The position numbers and the translations under genes are program-made. Positions 30,520-39,776 of a DNA stretch of 64,000 nucleotides are shown in pieces. Below the pieces are notes generated by a model. The model searched no databases, was not told where the DNA came from, and saw nothing but the letters and a program-made list of their open reading frames with translations. Numbering within the stretch: the stretch's first letter is position 1; every line of letters begins with the position of its first letter. This stretch comes from Candidatus Polarisedimenticolaceae bacterium. Lineage in GTDB: Bacteria > Acidobacteriota > Polarisedimenticolia > Polarisedimenticolales > DASRJG01. The DNA lies in contig DASVAW010000092.1 in assembly GCA_036376135.1 (NCBI GenBank), positions 17,669-81,668 of the forward strand, in the 5' to 3' direction.

Positions 30520-31341
30520 GTGTTCCCCTCGATCGTCGATTTCGGCCGCGTGCATCTTCCCGTCCTGGGAGAGGTGCACCTGTTCCTGCCGACCTACGGC
30601 CTGCTCTTCGCCGTCGGCGCGCTTTTCGCCTGGTGGTGGTTCTCGCGCCGTGCGGCCGGCATGGGTCTTCCGAAAGAGCCGGTCTTCAACCTCGGGTTCT
30701 ACAGCCTGCTCGGCGGCATCGTCGGCGCGAAGCTCACCCTGTTCGTCGTCGAGTGGCGCCACTACCTCGCCCACCCCGGCGACGTCCTCACGAGCTTCCG
30801 CTCCGCGGGGGTGCTGATGGGCGGCGTGGCCGTCGGTGCGGGGGCCTTCGTGTTCTACGCCCGCCGCCACCGCCTCCCGGTGCTCCCGCTCGCCGACGCG
30901 ATCGTCGCTCCGCTCGCCCTGGCGCAGGCCCTCGGCCGCCTCGGGTGCTTCAGCGCCGGGTGCTGTTACGGCACGCCGACCGACGCCTGGTTCGGCGTGA
31001 CCTTCACGAACCCCGACGCCTACGCGCAGACGGGCGTCCCCCTGGGGGTGCCGCTCGTTCCCACGCAACTCCTCGAGGCCGGCGGCGATCTCCTGATCGC
31101 GGCGCTTGCGACCTTCCTCTGGCGACGGCGCGACGGGCGAGGCGACGGCGCGATCCTCGCCGTCTATCTCGTGACCTACGCGATCCTGCGCGCCACGATC
31201 GAGATCTGGCGCGGCGACGAGGTCCGCGGCGTCTGGTTCGGCGGTCACGTCTCGACCTCGCAGCTGCTCTCCGCCCTTGCGGTCGCGGTCGGCGTCGGGC
31301 TGTTCGCGCACGCCCGCCGCCCGCGGGCCTCCGGGGCGTGA
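30520..31341 (+). CDS. lgt: Prolipoprotein diacylglyceryl transferase
   Basis: 273 aa, ..LPTYGLLFAVGALFAWW...GRLGCFSAGCCYGTPTD..PTQLLEA... GTG start. Confidence 0.92.
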   Translation: MFPSIVDFGRVHLPVLGEVHLFLPTYGLLFAVGALFAWWWFSRRAAGMGLPKEPVFNLGFYSLLGGIVGAKLTLFVVEWRHYLAHPGDVLTSFRSAGVLMGGVAVGAGAFVFYARRHRLPVLPLADAIVAPLALAQALGRLGCFSAGCCYGTPTDAWFGVTFTNPDAYAQTGVPLGVPLVPTQLLEAGGDLLIAALATFLWRRRDGRGDGAILAVYLVTYAILRATIEIWRGDEVRGVWFGGHVSTSQLLSALAVAVGVGLFAHARRPRASGA

Positions 31342-32300
31342 GCGCGATCCGGACCTTCGAGGCCGCGGGCGCGGCGCCGGGAGTGCGCCTGGATCGATTC
31401 CTCGCCGACGCCCTTCCCGAGTTCAGCCGCGCGTTCCTCCAGCGATGCATCGCGGACGGTCGCGTGTGCGTCGACGGAAAGGCCGTCACGAAGTCCGGTA
31501 CGCCGCTCAAGGGGGCGACGTCGGTCGTCGTCGACCTGCCGTCCGCCCCCCCCGACCCCCTCGCGCCCGAGGCGATCCCCCTCGACCTCGCGTACGAGGA
31601 CGCGCACCTCGCCGTCGTCCTCAAGCCCGCCGGCCTCGTCGTCCATCCCGGGCACGGCCGCCGCACGGGGACCGTCGTCCACGCCCTGCTCGGGCGCGGA
31701 ATGCCCCTGGCCCCGGCGGGCGGGCGCGATCGCCCCGGCATCGTCCACCGGCTCGATCGCGAGACGTCGGGACTGCTCGTCGTCGCCAAGACCGACGAGG
31801 CCCACCGCGCCCTCACCTCGGCCTTCGCGAACCGGAAGGTGAAGAAGACCTACGTCGCGCTCGTGTGGGGCCGCCCCGACCCGGAGGACGGCACGCTCGA
31901 CCGCGCCATCGGCCGCTCGCGCTCGGACCCCACGAAGATGAGCGTGCGCGTGCCGCGCTCGCGGGCCCGAGAGGCCACCACGATCTACCGAACCGTGGAG
32001 CGACTTCCCGGATTCACGTTGCTGAGCATCGATCTCGTGACCGGGCGGACCCACCAGATCCGCGTCCACTTCGCGTCGATCCATCACCCGGTCGTGGGCG
32101 ACACCCGTTACGGCGGCAACCCCTGGAAATCGCTCCGCTCCCCCGCCGCGCGCGCCGCCGTCGGCTCGTTCCACCGCCTCGCGCTCCACGCCACCCGCCT
32201 GGAGCTCGACCATCCCGTCACCGGCGCGCCGCTCGCGTTTGTCGCCCCGATGCCCGAGGAGCTCACGCGGCTCCTCGAGGTGCTGCGGGATCCGTCGTGA
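31338..32300 (+). CDS. rluD: RluA-family 23S rRNA pseudouridine synthase with S4 domain
   Basis: 320 aa, VRLDRFLA...(S4), VVLKPAGLVVHPG, HRLDRETSGLLVVAKT, GRTHQIRVH. The GTG overlaps the lgt stop (GTGA). Confidence 0.88.
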   Translation: MSAIRTFEAAGAAPGVRLDRFLADALPEFSRAFLQRCIADGRVCVDGKAVTKSGTPLKGATSVVVDLPSAPPDPLAPEAIPLDLAYEDAHLAVVLKPAGLVVHPGHGRRTGTVVHALLGRGMPLAPAGGRDRPGIVHRLDRETSGLLVVAKTDEAHRALTSAFANRKVKKTYVALVWGRPDPEDGTLDRAIGRSRSDPTKMSVRVPRSRAREATTIYRTVERLPGFTLLSIDLVTGRTHQIRVHFASIHHPVVGDTRYGGNPWKSLRSPAARAAVGSFHRLALHATRLELDHPVTGAPLAFVAPMPEELTRLLEVLRDPS

Positions 32301-33142
32301 AGCGCGCGAAGAAACCGGCGATCGCCGTGATCGGGTCCGGGCGCGCGGCGACGGCCGTGCTCGCGCATGCGGCGCGGCGCCGCATCCGATCCGTCCCGCT
32401 CGCCGAGGCCGAATTCGTCGTACTCGCCGTCTCCGATCGCGCGATCGGAGTCGTGGCCCGACGCCTGGCGCGCGAGGTGCCCACGGGGTGGGCCGGGAAA
32501 ACGGCGATCCATCTCTCCGGGGCGCTCGGCCCGGAACCTCTCGAGCCGTTGCGGCGTCGCGGCGCCAGGGTGGGCGCTCTGCACCCGCTCACGGTCTTCG
32601 CGCACGAGCCGTCCCCCCGGGGCCCGCGTTGGCATCGACTGGACGGAGACGCGCCGTTCCGCCGGGCCGCGCGCGCCCTGGCGAAGGCCCTCTTCCCGGA
32701 CTCGGAGGAGCTTCGCCCGCGCCGCCCGCTCGGCCCGGAGGGCCGGGCGCGGTACCACGCCGCGGCGGCGCTCGTGGCCAACGACCTTGCCGCGCTGATC
32801 CGCGACGGCGTGACGCTGTTCCGGTCCGTCGGCCTGCCTCGCGCCCGGGCCGAGCAGGCCCTGGGCGACCTCGCCTCCGACGCCACCCACGCGATCGTCG
32901 AAGGCGGCTTGCGCCGCGGCCTCACCGGCCCCGTCGTCCGCGGCGACGTGGGCACGGTGGAGCGCCATCTCGAAGCCCTGCGTGAGGTCGATCCGGAGAT
33001 CGCCGAGGTCCATCGGGTGCTCTCCCTCCGCCTGGTACCGATCGCCGTCGAGGCCCGGCGGATCACGGCGTCCCAGGCGGCCGCCCTGCGCTCGGTGCTG
33101 CGCCCCCCCGGTGGTGGCCCGCGCCGAGGTCGCGGCGTATAG
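32297..33142 (+). CDS. Rossmann-like plus DUF2520-domain protein (putative oxidoreductase)
   Basis: 281 aa, IAVIGSGRAATAVL...HPLTVF...RYHAAAALVANDL..GLTGPVVRGD. The GTG overlaps the rluD stop (GTGA). Family call by resemblance only. Confidence 0.6.
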   Translation: MKRAKKPAIAVIGSGRAATAVLAHAARRRIRSVPLAEAEFVVLAVSDRAIGVVARRLAREVPTGWAGKTAIHLSGALGPEPLEPLRRRGARVGALHPLTVFAHEPSPRGPRWHRLDGDAPFRRAARALAKALFPDSEELRPRRPLGPEGRARYHAAAALVANDLAALIRDGVTLFRSVGLPRARAEQALGDLASDATHAIVEGGLRRGLTGPVVRGDVGTVERHLEALREVDPEIAEVHRVLSLRLVPIAVEARRITASQAAALRSVLRPPGGGPRRGRGV

Positions 33143-33170
33143 TCCACCGGCCTTCTCGGAGGACCCCCCG

Positions 33171-33758
33171 ATGTCCCGTGGCTCCGCCTTCGTCGCCCTC
33201 GTTGCGGGAGCGCTGCTCCTCGCCCCTTCCGGGTTCGCCCCGGCCGCCGCGCAGTCCGAGTTCCACGGCAAGACGGACGTCTACCGCGGCGAACCGACCT
33301 CCGAGGGAACCTGGAGCGGCTCCTGGATGTACGTGAGCCGTGACCAGCGCTGGGCGCTTTGGCTTCGAGAAGGCCCGAAGGGAAAGGTCGAGGCCAAGCT
33401 CCAGTACCAGGCGCAGGGGGCTCCCGAGACGTTCGAGACCGACTGGACCGGGACGTCCGAGTATTACCTCGGCGGAACCCCGGTGAAGTTCGAGCTCAAG
33501 CTGACCCGGACGACTCCGGAGAAGCTCGAGGGGTCGTGGAACTGGGTGGCGTCCTTCCCCGACTCGGAACGGATCGAAACCGCCCAGGTGTCGCTGTACC
33601 GCGTCGCCTACGGCCGCTCGCTCGTCCTCGACTTCGGCAAGGAGTTCACGCGCATCGTCCGTCGCGGCGCGCGGGAGACGAAGACGACCCCCCTGGCCGC
33701 CTGGGGTTTCACGAAGGTGTCGAAACGCCACGTCTCCTGGGACGAGATGCCCTGGTAG
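33171..33758 (+). CDS. Secreted hypothetical protein
   Basis: 195 aa from the ATG at 33171, with GGAGGA Shine-Dalgarno. Signal peptide MSRGSAFVALVAGALLLAPSGFAPAAA. Trp/Tyr-rich and looks beta-rich. No family recognised. Confidence 0.6.
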   Translation: MSRGSAFVALVAGALLLAPSGFAPAAAQSEFHGKTDVYRGEPTSEGTWSGSWMYVSRDQRWALWLREGPKGKVEAKLQYQAQGAPETFETDWTGTSEYYLGGTPVKFELKLTRTTPEKLEGSWNWVASFPDSERIETAQVSLYRVAYGRSLVLDFGKEFTRIVRRGARETKTTPLAAWGFTKVSKRHVSWDEMPW

Positions 33759-33768
33759 CGCCGCGCCG

Positions 33769-35196
33769 GTGAGCCGCGTTCGTCCCGCCCTCGCTCCCCT
33801 TGTCTTCGCGCTCCTGCTCTTCGCCGTCTCCTCGGCCGTCCACGGCGGCTTCGAGCGCCGCTGGGCGAAGCTGGGAGGTGCGCCCGGAACCCCCGCGGTC
33901 GACGCCCACGTCGCCTTCGCGCTGAACGAGGGGTTCAACGGCTTCTTCGTGTATTCGCACCAGGCCGGCGCGTGGACCGCACGACAGGCCCCCGACGGCC
34001 CCTTCCTGACGCCTGCGTTTCGCGCCTTCGCCGCCCGCTGCCGGGAGCGCGGGATCCCGCTCCTGGTCTCCATCAACCCGGTCGCCGACGACGGGGGGGG
34101 GTTCGTCTTCTCCGAAACGGACGGAGAGCGCCGGATCCTGCGCTTCGTCGCGCTGCTCCGCGCGGAGGGGGTGCGCGAGATCGTGTTGTCGTTCGACGAC
34201 CAGCCCACGCGCCTCACCGAGCTGCGCGACGTGTTGCGGTACGGGTTTCCCGCGGCTCCCGCCCACCTCGACCTCACGCGGCGGGTCGCGCGGAGGCTTC
34301 GCCGGGACACGACGCTGTGGCTGTGCGCCTCGGCGTATTGCGACCGCCATCTCGGGGTCGGCTCGACGCCCTACGCGAAGGCGTTCCTCTCCGGCCTGAA
34401 GCGCCTTCCCGCGGGAGTCGGCGTGGTCTGGACGGGTCCGACCGTCGTCTCCCCGACGATCACGCGCGAGGACCTGGCGCGCACGCGGGAGAGACTGGGC
34501 GGACGCCGCCTGCTCCTGTACGACAACTACCCCGTCGACGACGATCCGGGCGACGCGCTCGCCGTTCCCCTCGGCCCGATCCGCGGCCGCGGTCCGGACC
34601 TCCACCTCGAGGCGGCCGCCTACCTGCACTGCCCGATCTCGAGGCTCGGCGCGAATCGCCTCGCGATGCTCACGGTCGCGGCGTGGCTTCGCGACCCCGC
34701 GCGGTACGTCCCCGAGGCGGCGTGGAAACGCGCGCGCGAGCTCCTCGCGGGGAGCGATCCCGCCGCGCGGACCGCCCTCGAGACGCAGTCGCTCGAGTGG
34801 GGCGCCTGGGTCGACAGCCGATTCTGGAGCGTGCGCGAGAGGGAGAATCCCGAGACGGCGGCGGCCGCCCTGGGAGATCCCGTCGCCCTCGACCGCTGGA
34901 CGTGGGTAGCCGCGCGTTACCCGGACCGGATGGCCGCGCTCGGCGCGATCGTCGATCGCCCGTTTCGGGACGACCTGCTCGACGTCATGTCACGCCGGCT
35001 CGCCGTCGCCCGGGCGCTTCCGCTCGCGGAGGAGTACCGCGCGCGCAGGGCCGCCGGTCGGCCCGACGCCTCGGCGCTCCTCGACGCGCTCGACACCGAG
35101 CGTGCGGCGCTCGCGGCCGACCCCGGCGCCAGGGCAGCCCTGGAGCGCACCCTCGCGCACGCGGCGATCCCGCTGCGGCCTCTAAAGGGCCCCTAG
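33769..35196 (+). CDS. GH84-like beta-N-acetylglucosaminidase (O-GlcNAcase/NagJ family), secreted
   Basis: 475 aa with a signal peptide. Catalytic-region look-alikes LSFDDQP (DD pair), VVWTGPTVVSPTIT and LLLYDNYPVDDD. Confidence 0.7.
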   Translation: MSRVRPALAPLVFALLLFAVSSAVHGGFERRWAKLGGAPGTPAVDAHVAFALNEGFNGFFVYSHQAGAWTARQAPDGPFLTPAFRAFAARCRERGIPLLVSINPVADDGGGFVFSETDGERRILRFVALLRAEGVREIVLSFDDQPTRLTELRDVLRYGFPAAPAHLDLTRRVARRLRRDTTLWLCASAYCDRHLGVGSTPYAKAFLSGLKRLPAGVGVVWTGPTVVSPTITREDLARTRERLGGRRLLLYDNYPVDDDPGDALAVPLGPIRGRGPDLHLEAAAYLHCPISRLGANRLAMLTVAAWLRDPARYVPEAAWKRARELLAGSDPAARTALETQSLEWGAWVDSRFWSVRERENPETAAAALGDPVALDRWTWVAARYPDRMAALGAIVDRPFRDDLLDVMSRRLAVARALPLAEEYRARRAAGRPDASALLDALDTERAALAADPGARAALERTLAHAAIPLRPLKGP

Positions 35197-36359
35197 GCCC
35201 CGGCCGCCGCCGCCGCGGGGGCTTCCATCGCCGGCAGGATCGTCCGGAACAGCGCACCGCCGCCGGGCGCGGCGTCCACCCAGATCGTGCCCCCGTGGGC
35301 CTCGACGGCCAGGCGGCAGAACGTCAATCCCAGCCCGCGGTTCCCCCCGAGCCCCGCCTTGCGCAGCTCCAGGCGCGCGAACTTCTCGAAGACCCGCTCG
35401 CGGTGCTCCTCCGGGATTCCGGGCCCCTCGTCGGCGACGTCGATCGAAACCCCTTCCTCGCAGGGCGCCAGACGCACGGTCACCCGCCCCCCCCGGTTCG
35501 AGTGGTCGATGGCGTTCGCGAGGAGGTTGTCGAAGACCCGGCCGAGCACGGAGGCGTCCGCGCGGATCGGGCACGGCAGCGCAGCATCGAGGACGAGCAC
35601 GATCTCGCGTTGCCGCGCCGCCCCCTCGGCGTCCTCGATCGCGCGCCGGGCGACGACGACGGCGTCCGCGTCCTCCAGGCGCAGCAGGAGTTTTCCTTCC
35701 TCCAGGCCCGCGACGTCGAGGAGATCGAGGATCATCCGGTGCATGCGCGACGCTCCCGCACGGCAGCGCATCACGAGATGGCGCGCGTCGGCGTCGTCGA
35801 TCCTCCGCTCGAGCAGGTCGAGGTTCGCGGCGATCGCGGTGAGCGGGTTCTTCAGGTCGTGCACGAGCGTCTGCGCGAGCGTCTCCTTGAGCGCTTCCAT
35901 CTCCTCGAGGGCGCGGTTGCGCAGCGCGAGGTCCGCCCGCGCGCGGTCGAGCTCCCGCATCAGCCGGCGCGCACGCAGGAGCGAGCGCACCTTCGCCAGG
36001 AACTCCTCGCGGCGCACGGGCTTGCTGATGAAATCGTCGGCGCCCGTGTCGAGCCCCTCCACGCGGTGCGGCGTCCCGTCCAGCGCCGTCACGAGGACGA
36101 TCTGGACCATCCGGGTCGCGGGGTCGGCCTTGAGCATGCGGCAGACCTCGAGCCCCGAGATGTCCGGCATCATCACGTCGAGGAAGACGATGTCGGGCAC
36201 CCGTTCGCGCACCGCCGCGATCGCGGATCGTCCGTCGGGGGCCAGTCGCACGGCGTGGCCGGCCGCCACGAGGTACTCCTCGAGCAGCTTGCGGTTGCGC
36301 GGGTCGTCGTCGACGACCAGAAGGTCGGCGGCTTCGCTACGCGACGGCTGGGAGCTCAT
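35193..36359 (-). CDS. Hybrid protein: N-terminal receiver plus histidine kinase
   Basis: 388 aa. REC LLVVDDDPRNR...IVFLDVMMPDISG...ADDFISKPV, then HisKA VHDLKNPLT and HATPase NLLANAIDH, DEGPGIP, GLGLTFC. The ATG overlaps the upstream stop (ATGA). Confidence 0.88.
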   Translation of the reverse strand: MSSQPSRSEAADLLVVDDDPRNRKLLEEYLVAAGHAVRLAPDGRSAIAAVRERVPDIVFLDVMMPDISGLEVCRMLKADPATRMVQIVLVTALDGTPHRVEGLDTGADDFISKPVRREEFLAKVRSLLRARRLMRELDRARADLALRNRALEEMEALKETLAQTLVHDLKNPLTAIAANLDLLERRIDDADARHLVMRCRAGASRMHRMILDLLDVAGLEEGKLLLRLEDADAVVVARRAIEDAEGAARQREIVLVLDAALPCPIRADASVLGRVFDNLLANAIDHSNRGGRVTVRLAPCEEGVSIDVADEGPGIPEEHRERVFEKFARLELRKAGLGGNRGLGLTFCRLAVEAHGGTIWVDAAPGGGALFRTILPAMEAPAAAAAGA

Positions 36360-38320
36360 GCGACACCCTCCAGATAGGCGGCGACCTGGGACGGGAAGGT
36401 CGACAGGCGGATCGGCTTCGTGAGGTACCCCTCGCACCCCGCGGCGCGGGCCCGACCCTCGTCGATCCCGGCGGCGTGCGCGGTCAGCGCGACGATACGG
36501 ACGCCCGCGGTGCGCGCGTCGCCCTTGAGGCGACGCGTGACCTCCAGACCGTCGAGGCCGGGAAGCTGCAGGTCCATCAGGATCAGGTCGGGAAGCTCCA
36601 GCGCGACGACTTCCAGGGCCTCTTCGCCGGTCTCGGCCTCGAGCACCTCGAACCCCCGCGAGCGCAGGACGTTGCGCGCGAGCTTGCGACTCACCTCGTT
36701 GTCCTCGACGACGAGTACGCGCGGCACGCGGGCCCGCGCGGCGCGGGGGGCCTCGTCCGGAGCGACCGGCGCGGGAGCGGAGGCGCGGTCGCGCTCGGGG
36801 AGATCCGGGACGTTTCCCGCTCCCGCGCACGACGGGAACCGGCAGACGAACGTGGAGCCCTCGCCGGGAGCCGAGCGCACGCCCACGCTGCCGCCGTGCA
36901 TCCCCACCATCGTGCGCACGAGCGCCAGACCCAGGCCGGTCCCCTGGTACTTCCGCGCGTACGAGCCGTCCACCTGGTGGAACTCCTCGAAGATGCGCGC
37001 GAGGTGCTCGGCGGGAATCCCGATCCCGGTGTCCTCCACCTCCACCACGAGATCGTCCCCCTCACGGAACGCGCGGGCCTCGATCCGCCCCCCTTCCGGG
37101 GTGAACTTCACCGCGTTGCTGAGCAGGTTGACGAGGATCTGGCGCGCGAGCTTGGGGTCCACGTGGACGACGCCGACGTCGGACGCCGCGTGGACCTCGA
37201 AGCGGAGCGACTTGCGCTCCGCCTGCACGCGGAGGATCGCCGCGGCCTCGCGCAACACCTCCGCGAACGACACGAAGTCGCGCTGCACCTCGAGCTTGCC
37301 CGCCTCGATCTTGGAGAGATCGAGAATGTCGTTGATGAGCTGCAGCAGGTGCTCCCCGCTGTCGCGGATGTCGGCGAGGAATCCCTTCTGGCGCGCGGTC
37401 AGGTTGTCGAAGTCCGGCCCCGCCAGGTACTCGGAGAAGCCGATCACCGCGTTGAGGGGCGTGCGGAGCTCGTGCGAGACGTTCGCCAGGAACTCGCTCT
37501 TGGCCTTGGACGCCTCCACGAGCTTGCGGTTGGTCTCCACGAGCTCGGAGGTGCGCTCCGCGACTTTCTTCTCGAGGTCGGCGTTCAGGCGCTCCACCTC
37601 GTCGATCCGGCGCTCGCGCTCCGCGATGCGCTCCCGGTGCGTCTCGTAGAACGCGACGAGGAGCCAGCACGGCGGGATGCCCAGAGCCAGGCTCCACGCT
37701 CCGAACGCCTCGAACAGCGCGAGGAGGACCGTCGCCAGCGACAGCCCCGCGAAGTACGACGCCGCGCTCCACAGGAAGCCCTCGCGCCACACGTCGAAGA
37801 ACGACGACCCGCGCTCGAGGGAGATCGCGATGGAGAGCAGCCCCGTGTTGGCGAGGAAGTAGACCACCGCGGCGGCGGTGAGCGGCCAGAACTCCGCGAG
37901 CAGGGCGCCCCCCGGCTCGCCTCCGGCGACTCCGTACGCCCACGAGGCCATCGTCGCCGTCAGCATCACGGAGGCGACGTTGAACAGGAAGCGATGGCCG
38001 ATCGTCGGTCGTTTGCGCCCGAGCAGCAGGCCGGCGACTCCGGCCACCGCGGTGAGCACCGCCTCGAGCGGTCCGAGACCGGCCAGGGCCAGGAAGACGA
38101 ACGGGTGCGTCGCCGTGAACGAGCTCCGGAACGCGGGGATGGAGACGGGGCGCGACCCCGCGAGCGCGGCGAGGGCGGCGACGAGCGCCGTCGCGAGCGG
38201 ATCGTCGACGCCCCCCGACGACCACGTCGCCCACGTGCTCGCGGCTGCGAGCACGGCGAGCGCCGCGATGTAAGCGTGCAGCAGCCCCCCGCCCCCGGGC
38301 GGGTGCCCCTCGTCGTTCAC
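36356..38320 (-). CDS. Hybrid sensor histidine kinase: multi-pass membrane domain, HisKA, HATPase, C-terminal receiver
   Basis: 654 aa from GTG at 38320 (GGAGGAG Shine-Dalgarno 7 nt upstream); ATG at 38362 is an alternative. SHELRTPLN, NLLSNAVKF, DTGIGIP, GTGLGLALV. REC VLVVEDNEVSR...LILMDLQLPGLDG...YLTKPI. Confidence 0.88.
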   Translation of the reverse strand: MNDEGHPPGGGGLLHAYIAALAVLAAASTWATWSSGGVDDPLATALVAALAALAGSRPVSIPAFRSSFTATHPFVFLALAGLGPLEAVLTAVAGVAGLLLGRKRPTIGHRFLFNVASVMLTATMASWAYGVAGGEPGGALLAEFWPLTAAAVVYFLANTGLLSIAISLERGSSFFDVWREGFLWSAASYFAGLSLATVLLALFEAFGAWSLALGIPPCWLLVAFYETHRERIAERERRIDEVERLNADLEKKVAERTSELVETNRKLVEASKAKSEFLANVSHELRTPLNAVIGFSEYLAGPDFDNLTARQKGFLADIRDSGEHLLQLINDILDLSKIEAGKLEVQRDFVSFAEVLREAAAILRVQAERKSLRFEVHAASDVGVVHVDPKLARQILVNLLSNAVKFTPEGGRIEARAFREGDDLVVEVEDTGIGIPAEHLARIFEEFHQVDGSYARKYQGTGLGLALVRTMVGMHGGSVGVRSAPGEGSTFVCRFPSCAGAGNVPDLPERDRASAPAPVAPDEAPRAARARVPRVLVVEDNEVSRKLARNVLRSRGFEVLEAETGEEALEVVALELPDLILMDLQLPGLDGLEVTRRLKGDARTAGVRIVALTAHAAGIDEGRARAAGCEGYLTKPIRLSTFPSQVAAYLEGVA

Positions 38321-38385
38321 TCGGACTCCTCCCGTGCCTGCTCTCGAGGCCGGAGGCTGCATTTCTGCAAGATCGATTCCGGATC

Positions 38386-38435
38386 CGAAGCGAAGGGGAA
38401 AAGGAGGTCGCTCCCTCCGCTTCGTGGTTTTGTTC
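38386..38435 (+). terminator. Orphan terminator-like hairpin with a U-rich tail
   Basis: CGAAGCGAAGGGG (38386-38398) pairs with TCCCTCCGCTTCG (38412-38424), with one mismatch and one GU pair. The 13-nt loop contains AAGGAGG. It is followed by TGGTTTTGTT. Confidence 0.35.
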
Positions 38436-38570
38436 GCGGTATTCGGCACTTCGGAGGCCGTTCGCGGTGTCGCGCCGCGACCGTCGAGCCGACAACGGAT
38501 GTCGGGCGCGGAACGGCCGATTTCGTTATCGTGACCGCTCCGTCCAAACCGCAATGCCTGGAGGAGGGCG

Positions 38571-38981
38571 ATGTCCGTCGTCATCGACTGTCGCTACGAA
38601 GGCGACTTGCACTGCACCGCGGTCCACGGCCCGTCGGGCGACCGCATCGTGACCGACGCACCCGTCGACAACCACGGCAAGGGCGAGCACTTCTCGCCGA
38701 CCGACCTCGTCGCCGCCTCGATCGGCGTCTGCGCGCTCACGATCATGGGAATCGCCGCGCGCCCGCGCGGCATCGACATCACCGGCGCGACCGTCCGCGT
38801 CACCAAGGAGATGGGGGCGACCCCGCGGCGCCACATCGCGAAGCTCACCGCCGTCTTCCGCCTCCCCGCGCGACTCGACGCCCGGGAGCGCGCGCTGATG
38901 GAACAAGCCGCCAGGAGCTGCCCGGTGCAGGCCTCCCTCGGCGAGCTCACGCGACTCGAACTGGTGTTCGAATACGCCTGA
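38571..38981 (+). CDS. OsmC family peroxiredoxin-like protein
   Basis: 136 aa, ..FSPTDLVAASIGVCALT...EQAARSCPVQASL (two conserved Cys). GGAGGAGGG Shine-Dalgarno. Confidence 0.85.
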   Translation: MSVVIDCRYEGDLHCTAVHGPSGDRIVTDAPVDNHGKGEHFSPTDLVAASIGVCALTIMGIAARPRGIDITGATVRVTKEMGATPRRHIAKLTAVFRLPARLDARERALMEQAARSCPVQASLGELTRLELVFEYA

Positions 38982-38984
38982 CGG

Positions 38985-39761
38985 CTAGAACGCCCTGAGC
39001 GTCGCCAGCACGTGGTCGTGGAGCACGCCGTTCGTCGCGATCGCGTGATCGCCGAGCGGGACGACGTTGCCGTCGAGGTCGGTGAAGCGCCCTCCCGCCT
39101 CCTCGACGAGGATCGCGATCGGCCCCAGATCCCAGGGCCGCACCCCCGCCTCGATCCACGCGTCCGCCTTTCCCTGGAGGAGCATCGCCGCACCGGCGAG
39201 GTCGCCGTAGCAGCGGGACGACGCGGCGGTCGCGACGAGCGCGCGCACGCCGTCGCCGAACGGGGGCGCGAGCAGCCAGCGCAACTCTCCGAGGCTGAGC
39301 GTGGCCTGCTCCCAGCCGGCCACCGACGAAACGCGAAGGCGCTCCCCGTCGCGCCACGCGCCGAGCCCGCGGCCGGCCCAGTAGAGCTCGCCGAGCGCCG
39401 GAAGGGCCATCGCCCCCGCCAGCACGACCCCGTCCCGCTCGTAGGCGACGAGGGGGCCCCAGAAGCTCCCGCCGCGGGCGAACCCCTTCGTTCCGTCCAA
39501 CGGATCGACGATCCAGCGGTCGCGCCCCGCCCCGGCGGAGCCGCTCTCCTCGGCGAGGGTCGCGTGCTCGGGGAACACGCGACGGATCACGTCGAGGATC
39601 GCCGCCTCGGCGTCGCGGTCCGCCTGGGTCACCGGCGAGCGGTCGTCCTTGAGATCGACCGCGAGGTCCGTACGGAATCGACGGAGGGCCGCGGAGGCGC
39701 CGGCCTCGACGGCGAGGCGGGCGGTGTCGCAAGCCAGGGCGACGTCGGGGTCGGCTCGCAT
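38985..39761 (-). CDS. Inositol monophosphatase family protein (SuhB/HisN-like)
   Basis: 258 aa from the ATG at 39761, ..LAEESG..WIVDPLDGTKGF...WDLGPIAILVEEAGG. The track ORF extension into tRNA-Glu is rejected. Confidence 0.85.
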   Translation of the reverse strand: MRADPDVALACDTARLAVEAGASAALRRFRTDLAVDLKDDRSPVTQADRDAEAAILDVIRRVFPEHATLAEESGSAGAGRDRWIVDPLDGTKGFARGGSFWGPLVAYERDGVVLAGAMALPALGELYWAGRGLGAWRDGERLRVSSVAGWEQATLSLGELRWLLAPPFGDGVRALVATAASSRCYGDLAGAAMLLQGKADAWIEAGVRPWDLGPIAILVEEAGGRFTDLDGNVVPLGDHAIATNGVLHDHVLATLRAF

Positions 39762-39776
39762 CGGAACCCCTCGGCT

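Noticed and set aside
38334-38534. 66-aa plus-strand ORF in the kinase/osmC intergenic region as a possible small protein
   Set aside because: No start codon lies at a workable distance from the AAGGAGG sequence. The translation is Arg/Gly/Ser-rich without hydrophobic or conserved features. The region is better explained as RNA structure and promoters.
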